Positions 56,769 to 64,000 of a DNA stretch of 64,000 bases are shown here, in pieces (positions within the stretch are counted from its first letter, which is position 1; each line of letters opens with the position of its first letter). Below the pieces are notes generated by a model. That model had not been told where the DNA came from. It saw only the letters and a program-made list of their open reading frames with translations, and did not search any database. Both the position numbers and the translations under genes were made by a program. The DNA lies in assembly GCA_001824255.1 (NCBI GenBank), contig MHWQ01000002.1, forward strand, positions 205,446 to 269,445, in the 5' to 3' direction. Source of the DNA: Candidatus Zambryskibacteria bacterium RIFCSPLOWO2_02_FULL_51_21 (GTDB lineage: Bacteria > Patescibacteriota > Minisyncoccia > Phycocordibacterales > Zambryskibacteraceae).

Positions 56769-58622
56769 ATGAGTGACGGAAAGCAGGCTGGCGCGTATCT
56801 GGTGGAAGCAATTCCCCTGGCTAAATCCGCCTCAAGAAATCTTTCTTATTTCTCCTCTGTCCGTTTGGTACCCGGAACTTTGGTGCGAGCGCCTCTGCGA
56901 AAAGGATTTATCCTCGCCGTAGCGACAAGCTGCCGGAGCGCCGCGGCTGCCAAGACCGCAATACGCCGAGCCGAATTCCCTCTTCGGAAAATCGCGAGAA
57001 AAGACATTTACGAAGCCGGCTTCGCGCCGGAGTTTCTCTCTGCAGTGGAAAAAGCTTCACTCTACTACGCCTGCAGCGCCGGAGCGCTCCTCTTCTCCCT
57101 CCTGCCCAAAATACTTCTTGAGAATCCTGAGAAATTCTTCCCGCCGCCGCAGAAAAGAAGCCGCGCCGCCGGTCCCAAGGAAGTACTACTTCTCCAGATG
57201 GAGGACGAGGAGCGCTTCGGACAATACCGCGCGCAGGTGCGCCAGTGCTTCGCCAGAGGAAAGTCGGCCATGTTCGTATCGCCGACGCACGTTGATGCGG
57301 TGAAAGCCGCGACGCGGCTTTCACAAGGCATAGGGCCATACGTCTTCGTCTTTACCCTCAAGGCGAAGGCCGCTGAAGCGAGGAGAATCTGGCAGGCGGC
57401 GCTTGGCGAAGAACATCCCATACTCTTCATCACAACCGCGGCCGGAGCGGCCTTCGACCGCCCTGACATCGACACTATTATCATCGAGAGAGAGAACTCC
57501 CGCGCTTACTGCTCTCTATCGAGGCCATACCTACACCTCAAGGTTTTTCTCGAATATCTGGCCAGAGATACTTCGCGCCAGCTCATACTCGGAGACTCAG
57601 TCCTCTCGCTTGAATCATTGAGGAAAGAGAAGCAGGGCGAGTGCGCCGAGCTATCGCTTGTGAGGTGGCGACTGCCAGCAGCACTCTCCCGCCTGGTTGA
57701 CGCCAGAGAAAAACCCGATGGCAAAGGGAAATTCGAAATCTTCTCACCCGAACTTAAAACACTTATCTCCAAAGCCCTTGAGGAAAAGGAAAAAATATTT
57801 CTCTTCGGCGCCAGGAAGGGTCTTGCTCCCACTACCGTTTGTGGCGACTGCGGTTATATCCTCCCCTGTCTCAACTGCGGCGCGCCTGTCGTGCTTCACC
57901 GGCAGAAAGCGGGCGGAAATGTCTATGTCTGCCACGCCTGCGGCGAGAAGCGAGATTCGAAAACAGTCTGCGGATATTGCGGCAGCTGGAAACTCGTGCC
58001 TCTCGGCATAGGTATTGAGAGGATAGTGGCGGAGGCGAGAGACCTTTTCCCTTCCGCTACAGTCGAAATACTCGACAAGGACCACGCGCCGACGGACGCG
58101 AAAGCGCGAATCATCGTGAAGAAATTCGAGGAGACCGGCGGTATCCTCGTCGGCACGGAGTTCGCCTTCTTCCACCTTGAGAAGGTCCCGTATGCCGCTC
58201 TCGTCTCGGCGGACTCGCTCTTCTCCATCCCCGACTTCGGGATAAACGAGCGCATCTTCTACCTGGTCTCCCGCCTGCGCGAGATGACGCAGAAAGAATC
58301 TCTCATCCAGACCAGGAACATCGGCAAACAGGTCCTCGCTTGGGCGGCGCAAGGCAATATCATCGACTTCTATCTGAGTGAAATCGCGGAGAGAAAAAGT
58401 CTTTCTTATCCGCCGTTTGCAATTTTTATCAAAATTGAAGACGCAAGAAACAAGATGCAAGAGACAAAAGATAAATTATTGAAATGGCATCCAGAGAGTT
58501 ATAAGAATTCGCTCATTATAAGAATACCTAAGGAGAAGTGGCCAGACGAAGAACTCTCGCGCGAACTCTCATGGCTTTCACCGCAATTTTCCATTAAAGT
58601 AGACCCTGAGAGTATCATATGA
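56769..58622 (+). CDS. priA: Primosomal protein N' (PriA)-like with degenerate helicase ATPase motifs
   Basis: N-terminal 3'-DNA-binding domain, PriA Cys4/Cys4 zinc module (CGDCGY...CLNCG...CHACG...CGYCG) and helicase C region; Walker A reduced to ARGKS, DExH replaced by EREN. Confidence 0.6.
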   Translation: MSDGKQAGAYLVEAIPLAKSASRNLSYFSSVRLVPGTLVRAPLRKGFILAVATSCRSAAAAKTAIRRAEFPLRKIARKDIYEAGFAPEFLSAVEKASLYYACSAGALLFSLLPKILLENPEKFFPPPQKRSRAAGPKEVLLLQMEDEERFGQYRAQVRQCFARGKSAMFVSPTHVDAVKAATRLSQGIGPYVFVFTLKAKAAEARRIWQAALGEEHPILFITTAAGAAFDRPDIDTIIIERENSRAYCSLSRPYLHLKVFLEYLARDTSRQLILGDSVLSLESLRKEKQGECAELSLVRWRLPAALSRLVDAREKPDGKGKFEIFSPELKTLISKALEEKEKIFLFGARKGLAPTTVCGDCGYILPCLNCGAPVVLHRQKAGGNVYVCHACGEKRDSKTVCGYCGSWKLVPLGIGIERIVAEARDLFPSATVEILDKDHAPTDAKARIIVKKFEETGGILVGTEFAFFHLEKVPYAALVSADSLFSIPDFGINERIFYLVSRLREMTQKESLIQTRNIGKQVLAWAAQGNIIDFYLSEIAERKSLSYPPFAIFIKIEDARNKMQETKDKLLKWHPESYKNSLIIRIPKEKWPDEELSRELSWLSPQFSIKVDPESII

Positions 58623-59134
58623 AAAACGAGAAATTAATACTCAATAGAAGCGCCAAAGTCCTGCGGCAGAAGGCCTTGCCCGTGCCGCTCAAAGACATTG
58701 GTACCAAGAAGCTTGGCGACATCATCGCCAAGATGAAGAATGCTGTCCGCGCCGAGGAGGACGGCGTGGCTATAGCCGCGCCGCAGGTGGGAGCGGGCCT
58801 CCGACTCTTCATCGTCAAGGGCGGAGTCCTCCCGCGCTACGAGAACGACCGGGTGTTCATCAATCCCGAGATTGTGAAAATTTCGAGGAAGAAACAAAAG
58901 GTTGAGGAGGGCTGTCTCTCGGTGCGCTGGCTCTACGGAGTGGTGGAGAGACATGAGAAAATAACTATAACAGCCTGGGATGAGAAGGGTAGAAAGCAGA
59001 CTATTGGCGCCTCGGGTCTTCTATCGCAAATTTTCCAGCATGAGATAGACCATTTGGACGGCATCCTCTTCACCGACAAGGCGGAAAACGTGCGCGACCT
59101 GCCGCCGTTAGAAAACAAAGATGCAGAAAATTAA
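58619..59134 (+). CDS. def: Peptide deformylase
   Basis: GVAIAAPQVG, EGCLS and HEIDHLDG motifs. Confidence 0.9.
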   Translation: MKNEKLILNRSAKVLRQKALPVPLKDIGTKKLGDIIAKMKNAVRAEEDGVAIAAPQVGAGLRLFIVKGGVLPRYENDRVFINPEIVKISRKKQKVEEGCLSVRWLYGVVERHEKITITAWDEKGRKQTIGASGLLSQIFQHEIDHLDGILFTDKAENVRDLPPLENKDAEN

Positions 59135-59861
59135 ATTCGCTTTTTTCGGGAGTTCGAAATTTTCTGAATATGTTTTGGACGAACTTGAGAAAGCCGGATA
59201 TTCTCCGATTCTTAAAGTTACGGATGCCAAAGAAGCACTGCCGGAACTCCCGGCGGAAATAGATTTGTGCGTCGTGGCTTCTTTTGGCAGAATTCTGCCA
59301 AAAGAATACCTGGAAATTCCGAAAGAGGGATTCATAAACGTCCACCCCTCCCTCCTGCCTGACTTGCGCGGACCATCACCTATTCAAAATTTGATACTCC
59401 AGAACAAAGAGCCCGGGATTACAGTCATAAAGATGGATGAGAAAATGGACCACGGACCGATACTGGCGCAGGAAAAAGTTGGTATAGAACCCTGGCCCGA
59501 CCATTATGCGATAGCGGAAGAAAAACTGGGACGGGCCGGCGGAAAACTTTTGCTAAGAATTTTTGAGGGAGAAGCGCTTGAAAGAGAGCAGGACCACGAC
59601 GATGCCACTTACGTAAAAATGGTAAAAAAAGAAGACGGCTTGCTTGATTTGAAAGATAATCCGGAAACAAATCTGAGAAAAGTTCTCGCCTATTCGACTT
59701 GGCCCGGGGCTCACATATTTTTCAAAAGAAAAACCGGGGAAGAAATTCGGGTAGTCGTCAGAAACGCGAAAATTATCGATAACCAATTCATCCCCACCCG
59801 CGTCATCCCCGCCGGCAAGAAAGAAATGGACTGGCAGGATTTCCTCCGCGGCAACGTTTGA
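59121..59861 (+). CDS. fmt: Methionyl-tRNA formyltransferase (short, formyltransferase core)
   Basis: def-fmt operon; formyl-transferase N-domain (INVHPSLLPDLRG). Confidence 0.8.
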   Translation: MQKIKFAFFGSSKFSEYVLDELEKAGYSPILKVTDAKEALPELPAEIDLCVVASFGRILPKEYLEIPKEGFINVHPSLLPDLRGPSPIQNLILQNKEPGITVIKMDEKMDHGPILAQEKVGIEPWPDHYAIAEEKLGRAGGKLLLRIFEGEALEREQDHDDATYVKMVKKEDGLLDLKDNPETNLRKVLAYSTWPGAHIFFKRKTGEEIRVVVRNAKIIDNQFIPTRVIPAGKKEMDWQDFLRGNV

Positions 59862-59863
59862 TT

Positions 59864-60020
59864 ATAAAGATTCCTCGTAACCCGCGAAGTTGTCTGAGGC
59901 CTGGAGACGGTTCTCCATCCTTACGAGCCAGAAAAGAAGGACGGAAGAAGCGAGACCGCCGGCAAGAACCGCAATAGAAACCCAAGGAGCCGCTTTCTGG
60001 TGCCAGTACCCTCCGTTCAT
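59864..60020 (-). CDS. Putative small membrane protein (52 aa) translationally coupled to hpf (ATGA overlap)
   Basis: Manual translation MNGGYWHQKAAPWVSIAVLAGGLASSVLLFWLVRMENRLQASDNFAGYEESL; no independent SD. Confidence 0.25.
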
Positions 60021-60391
60021 GAGCGCTTTTTAAAAATATTCATGCCTCTGGCCAGATCCTTCACCTTCCTCGCACCTCTTCTCAAAAGCGTTTCTCTCCT
60101 CCCCTTCTCCTGAAGCAAAGTTTCTTTGACCTCGTCCTTGACCAAATCGATGGCGGCATAAAGGTCGGAGTGTTCGGCAACGGCGTAGAGGTCAAGCCCG
60201 GCGCCGGTGAGATGCACCTCGGCCATAAATACTTCTCCGGTCTTGTGATGCTGCGTGCTCCGGCCCACCTCGACCGAAGCCACCGCGTCCGCGTTCTTCA
60301 CGTACTTCTCAAGCGCGCCCACTTTCTTATTCACGTATTCCGAAATAGCCGGAGTAAGCTCTATCCCAGTCGCTTTGATGTTTATCTTCAT
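60017..60391 (-). CDS. hpf: Ribosome hibernation promoting factor (short HPF/RaiA)
   Basis: S30AE-family sequence (MKINIKATGIELTPAI...). Confidence 0.85.
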   Translation of the reverse strand: MKINIKATGIELTPAISEYVNKKVGALEKYVKNADAVASVEVGRSTQHHKTGEVFMAEVHLTGAGLDLYAVAEHSDLYAAIDLVKDEVKETLLQEKGRRETLLRRGARKVKDLARGMNIFKKRS

Positions 60392-60467
60392 AACTTAAGT
60401 ATATCAAATGATGATAATTGAAAGAGGCGGACCACATGTGGTCCGCCCCGTTCACACTTCCAAGCGG

Positions 60468-60947
60468 TTAACGAATGGCCGCCAGCCGAACCTTCTCGCC
60501 GGCGATCTCCGCATCGAACTCGCTTGACTCCATCATCATCTTGACGGCGGAGCTGTAGTACTTGCCCGCCTGCGCGAGCGCGAGGACCCGGTCGAGGCGC
60601 TTGTTGACGTCCTCCATCGACGCGCCAGCTCTTCGAGCATCCTCGAGCATCGGCAGAAAACTGTCGGAGTACGAGCCGATGAACCGCACTTCCCGCCCGG
60701 CCTCCACGAGATCGAGGTTGTTGTCGATAAGGGTGAAGGCCATCTGCGGATTCTTCTCGACCACCGCCGCAAATCGGTTTTCGTTCTCGTACACCCGGCT
60801 CGCGAGGTCATGATGGCGATCCTCGAGACCGCTGATTATCTCGCCCGCCTCTTGTGCCCGCTTCTCAAGCTGATGCACCCGATAGAGAAGCGTGACGTTC
60901 GACACGATGAGTCCTAGGATAACGATGCCGAGCAACACTTTCTTCAT
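60468..60947 (-). CDS. Hypothetical membrane-anchored protein
   Basis: ORF track; N-terminal TM then helical domain. Confidence 0.55.
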   Translation of the reverse strand: MKKVLLGIVILGLIVSNVTLLYRVHQLEKRAQEAGEIISGLEDRHHDLASRVYENENRFAAVVEKNPQMAFTLIDNNLDLVEAGREVRFIGSYSDSFLPMLEDARRAGASMEDVNKRLDRVLALAQAGKYYSSAVKMMMESSEFDAEIAGEKVRLAAIR

Positions 60948-61084
60948 CTGGAAATCCTCTCTGAAGAAAAGGGTTTGTGTGCCCTGTTTCTAATCCTTTT
61001 CCATCCTAGCATATTTATACTTAAATGTCAAGTATAATATGCTTCCTCAATATAAATTAAACTCTTGTTGAGCTATTTTTAGGC

Positions 61085-61936
61085 CTAGTCGAAAAGGTTC
61101 ACGAGATACTTGTCAATTTCTCTCTGGTCCAGATCATAGAAAAACTTGTTCTCGTCGTGGAGCTTCGTTGCCAGTTCTATGCCGACGTAGCGCCAGTGCC
61201 AGGGCTCGTACTGATAATACGCATTGTTTTTGGGATAAGAAAGAATGAAGCCGTATTTATGCGCGTTCTCCTGGAGCCATTTGTAAGCCGGCTCCGATGC
61301 GAAGGCCGAGAAGCCAGTGCCTAGCTTATTAGTAGTGAAGTCCACCGCTGTGCCAAGCTGATGCTCGGAATAACCCTGGTCAGCTGAGAAGCGGTTGGCG
61401 CCCGAGCCATAAGATACGGTATAAGCTGACTTCAGCGCCGATTGGGTGCCAAAAGAGCGATAGGCGGAAGCGATGAGAAGGTTCTGTCCTGCGGAATGCG
61501 CCGCTTCAAGCAGGTCCCGCAAATGCGGCCAGACCTTGCCGTATATCATAAAATTTTTCGACCCTGGCAGAAGATATTTCTCGTCGATGTCGAACAGAGT
61601 CGCCGGGATGTAATTCTCGTTCAGGAAATAAACTTTCGAATATTTCTTCAGAAGCTCTTCGTCGGTATGCGCAAGTTTGTCGAGCACTCCCACGGTGACG
61701 CCAAGCTCTTCCAACTGACTTGAGAAAGAATCCACGATTCTCTCCTTCTCCCGCACATCGAGAAGTAATTCGTAATTCCAGTCCTGCGCAGCTGTAAGCT
61801 CAGTAAGCAGCCACGCTCTCTCCCCCTCAAAGTTCCTGTAAGTATAAAAACCGTAACCGGCGATGCCGACGAGCACTACCGCCCCGATAATAGCCGCCGG
61901 CGTCCCGTCGAACTTCTTGAAAATATCTTTATTCAC
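61085..61936 (-). CDS. Peptidase M15B (VanY-like) D-alanyl-D-alanine carboxypeptidase with N-terminal TM
   Basis: SxHxxGxAxD motif (SEHQLGTAVD) and C-terminal EPWHWRY. Confidence 0.75.
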   Translation of the reverse strand: MNKDIFKKFDGTPAAIIGAVVLVGIAGYGFYTYRNFEGERAWLLTELTAAQDWNYELLLDVREKERIVDSFSSQLEELGVTVGVLDKLAHTDEELLKKYSKVYFLNENYIPATLFDIDEKYLLPGSKNFMIYGKVWPHLRDLLEAAHSAGQNLLIASAYRSFGTQSALKSAYTVSYGSGANRFSADQGYSEHQLGTAVDFTTNKLGTGFSAFASEPAYKWLQENAHKYGFILSYPKNNAYYQYEPWHWRYVGIELATKLHDENKFFYDLDQREIDKYLVNLFD

Positions 61937-61961
61937 TATTTAAGTTTAATACAACTCTCGG

Positions 61962-62034
61962 CTCCGCGACCAGGGATCGAACCTGGGACATCCTCGTTAA
62001 CAGCGAGGCGCTCTACCGGCTGAGCTATCGCGGA
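61962..62034 (-). tRNA. tRNA-Asn (anticodon GTT)
   Basis: UCCGCGA/UCGCGGA acceptor, D-arm GCUC-AGCCGGUA-GAGC, anticodon loop CUGUUAA, T-arm CCAGG-UUCGAUC-CCUGG. Confidence 0.85.
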
Positions 62035-62112
62035 ATTAAGGCAAATAATAACAGAAAAAGCTACTTAATCAAGATAAAAAGGCTTTTTACTTACTCTGTG
62101 GTCTAAAGAAAA

Positions 62113-64000
62113 TTACTTATTCAATTCACTCCTAGTGAGCGGACCAACTGAACCAACTGGCTCTAGACCCCGGGCACTCTGGAAGGCAGTCACAGCGGCT
62201 TTGGTCAGTTCACCGAAGTAGCCGGTAATTGGCCCCAAGTAATAGCCTAAGCTCTTCAGTGTTTCTTGAAGTAGAGTCACCTCTGGGTCTCTTACTCCCA
62301 CATAAAGAGTTTCGGTAAACTTGTCGGAAGAGAAAGTTTGGTTACCAGTATTAGCCACCACCTGGAGCTGGTTAAGCTCATCGGCGATGGCCTGCAATTC
62401 CACTATGTAAGAGGTTAGGTTTACCAACCCAGGATCAGCGGCAATTCTCTGAGAGAGTAAGGCAAGTTTGTTTTGGACAGGCACAAGACGAGAGGGGTCA
62501 ATTGGCTTTAGCGCTTGATTATTGATAACGCCACCGGTACCCCCTCTATTGTTTGGGCTCGGAGAATCCCCAGGAGTCGTAGGAGGGTTAGTCGGTGGTG
62601 GCGAAGGCGGTGGAGGTGAGACACTGTATACAGATAAGAAGTCTTCTGCGGAATAACCATCAGCTCCAGTGTCATAGTTAATCTGCCACCAGTTGAATGA
62701 GTCTGCGGTCACTGGTCCGGATGTGACGGTGCCTAGACTACCGAGTGTTTGAGTACCGAGGAGTGTGCCTGTGGTATCTGCTGTGGCTCTGACGTTTATA
62801 TTAGTTGTTGCTTGGACTCTTTGACCTATGGTGAATTTGGCTGATGGGGTTGGAGGAGGGGGGGGTGGAGGTACTGGTGGAGGAGTAGTTTGGGTACCGC
62901 TAAATTCATAAGCTCCGATGTCCCAGGCGGGGCCTTGGGGGCGGGAGACGTTCCCAATGTCATACCGTATGCTTTGTCCCGGATACCTTGTTTCAAAAGC
63001 CGCCATAGCCGCAGATAATCCGCCCGTATCTATAGCGGGAGAACCAGCCTGAAGTTTAAAATCACCGCCCGCTGGATTAACAAGGAGTGGGTTAACATTC
63101 CTTGTGTTTATTGACTGAGCAGGAAATGCAGAATTAAACCCGGCAACATCGTATATTGAAGTCGTGCCCCACTGAATTCTTGCCGGAGAATTGAATATTA
63201 TATTGTTCTTCATGCTTCCCCCTGCAGAAATACTTGTATCAAAAAGCCAGATATCTCTTCCCTGAGAGTCATTTCTGTTGCCCAAAATATTATTTTCAAT
63301 AATTATTGACCCTGGAGCAGGAGTTTGTATTCCTGCCGAATAATTCCAAAAAGTATTATTCAGAATATACTTGGTGCCGGAATGCCGTAAACTCATAGCC
63401 GCATCAAGATGCGGATTATCCATTGAGCTTCCGTCACTATTGGTAACGTTCATAATGACATTGCCGATGAAAAATCCGTTAGGAACATTGGCGCTTCCGG
63501 TGCCTATCCCCACTTCACAATCAAGCATGTAATTGCCTATAAACCATATATAATCCGGATAATCACCTTGCATACCCATACAAGCACCCCCCGATGAGTT
63601 GCTGGGCCTAAAGCTTTGCAGTAAGTTCTGAGAAAATATCACATCAGTTGCGTCTTTCGTCCATAGACCAGTCTGCTTGTTGTTATGTGAATAGTTGCGT
63701 CCAATATATATTTTGTAAGGCCTGGCCCCGACGGCAGATGGTGAGTTCCCCACCTGCACTCCATCACCGCTGCAACGCGCCAGCTCGTTATCAAGCACCC
63801 AAACATTATTAGCCGCGCCCTCCATTTTTATGCAATGGATATCCTGATCATAAGTAGCATAAATATCACCCGCATCATGAATATAATTTTTATAAATTAC
63901 TATATACGCGGAGCTCCCAAACCCGATACCTCCTGAAGTTAAACTTCCGACGAGCTCATTATTACGGATTGATATGGCATAATTTGCCCCGATCTCAATT
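62113..64000 (-). CDS. Large secreted right-handed beta-helix (pectate-lyase-fold) protein with poly-Pro linkers, SH3-like domain and C-terminal peptidoglycan-binding (PG_binding_1) domain; N-terminus beyond window
   Basis: PbH1-like repeats (NNIIFNS..., GNVIMNV...), PPPVPPPPPPP and PPPPSPPPTNPP linkers, C-terminal LQETLKSLGYYLGPITGYFGELTKAAVTAFQ; reading frame open from 63825 to 64000. Confidence 0.7.
   Translation of the reverse strand, partial: IEIGANYAISIRNNELVGSLTSGGIGFGSSAYIVIYKNYIHDAGDIYATYDQDIHCIKMEGAANNVWVLDNELARCSGDGVQVGNSPSAVGARPYKIYIGRNYSHNNKQTGLWTKDATDVIFSQNLLQSFRPSNSSGGACMGMQGDYPDYIWFIGNYMLDCEVGIGTGSANVPNGFFIGNVIMNVTNSDGSSMDNPHLDAAMSLRHSGTKYILNNTFWNYSAGIQTPAPGSIIIENNILGNRNDSQGRDIWLFDTSISAGGSMKNNIIFNSPARIQWGTTSIYDVAGFNSAFPAQSINTRNVNPLLVNPAGGDFKLQAGSPAIDTGGLSAAMAAFETRYPGQSIRYDIGNVSRPQGPAWDIGAYEFSGTQTTPPPVPPPPPPPTPSAKFTIGQRVQATTNINVRATADTTGTLLGTQTLGSLGTVTSGPVTADSFNWWQINYDTGADGYSAEDFLSVYSVSPPPPSPPPTNPPTTPGDSPSPNNRGGTGGVINNQALKPIDPSRLVPVQNKLALLSQRIAADPGLVNLTSYIVELQAIADELNQLQVVANTGNQTFSSDKFTETLYVGVRDPEVTLLQETLKSLGYYLGPITGYFGELTKAAVTAFQSARGLEPVGSVGPLTRSELNK

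Noticed and set aside
57744-58460. 238 aa minus-strand ORF inside priA-like gene
   Set aside because: Antisense shadow ORF.
1-64000. CRISPR arrays, integrases, transposases, IS elements
   Set aside because: No regularly spaced direct repeats, no tyrosine/serine recombinase or transposase-like ORFs were seen on either strand.

Overview
This 64 kb window is from a compact bacterial genome of about 52% GC. Most genes sit on the minus strand in long, tightly packed or overlapping operons. Gene content and the reduced protein architectures are consistent with a small-genome lineage such as Candidate Phyla Radiation/Patescibacteria; that assignment is inference only.

Main housekeeping blocks:
- A cell-wall cluster (mraY, ftsW, murG, gltX), followed by asnB, a D-Ala-D-Ala carboxypeptidase, scpAB and a lytic transglycosylase.
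- An AspRS/AsnRS-trpS-ABC exporter block, then dnaJ-dnaK-grpE.
- A ribosomal/RNA polymerase operon: infA-rpmJ-rpsM-rpsK-rpsD-rpoA-rplQ-rplM-rpsI.
- alaS, then a UDG-MgtC-(ATP-cone/PD-(D/E)xK nuclease)-mnmA-mltG string.
- leuS, ychF, and an exonuclease/flavodoxin-like operon.
- ddl, then a co-localised excision-repair set uvrC-uvrA-(gene X)-uvrB.
- tgt-mreB, and a plus-strand priA-like-def-fmt block, followed by hpf (minus strand), an M15 peptidase, tRNA-Asn, and a large beta-helix/peptidoglycan-binding protein that runs off the window end.

Non-coding features I could resolve by hand:
- Five tRNA genes: Ala-CGC, Val-CAC, a degenerate Ala-GGC, Ala-TGC and Asn-GTT.
- About a dozen rho-independent terminators.
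- Several sigma70-type promoters.

Findings I rank highest:
1. LeuRS lacks most of the CP1 editing domain and carries an inserted Nudix hydrolase domain with a perfect Nudix box.
2. An AT-rich orphan gene is translationally coupled between uvrB and uvrA.
3. A roughly 200 nt structured leader with a terminator/antiterminator switch sits immediately upstream of alaS (T-box-like attenuator).
4. A dispersed set of small, monocistronic, GC3-rich genes each has its own TTGACA promoter (two share TGCTAAGATAGTA) and a strong terminator.
5. A probable accessory segment spans 40.1-46.3 kb (zincin protease, SWIB protein, GC-rich sulfatase-fold enzyme without the canonical CxPxR motif, tRNA cluster, DedA, DUF3494-like sorted adhesin).
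6. A perfect 8-5-8 palindrome lies upstream of an unusual gene with sigma-70 region 4 at its N-terminus.

No CRISPR array, integrase or transposase was seen. All calls come from manual reading of the sequence and the ORF track; no database searches were run.
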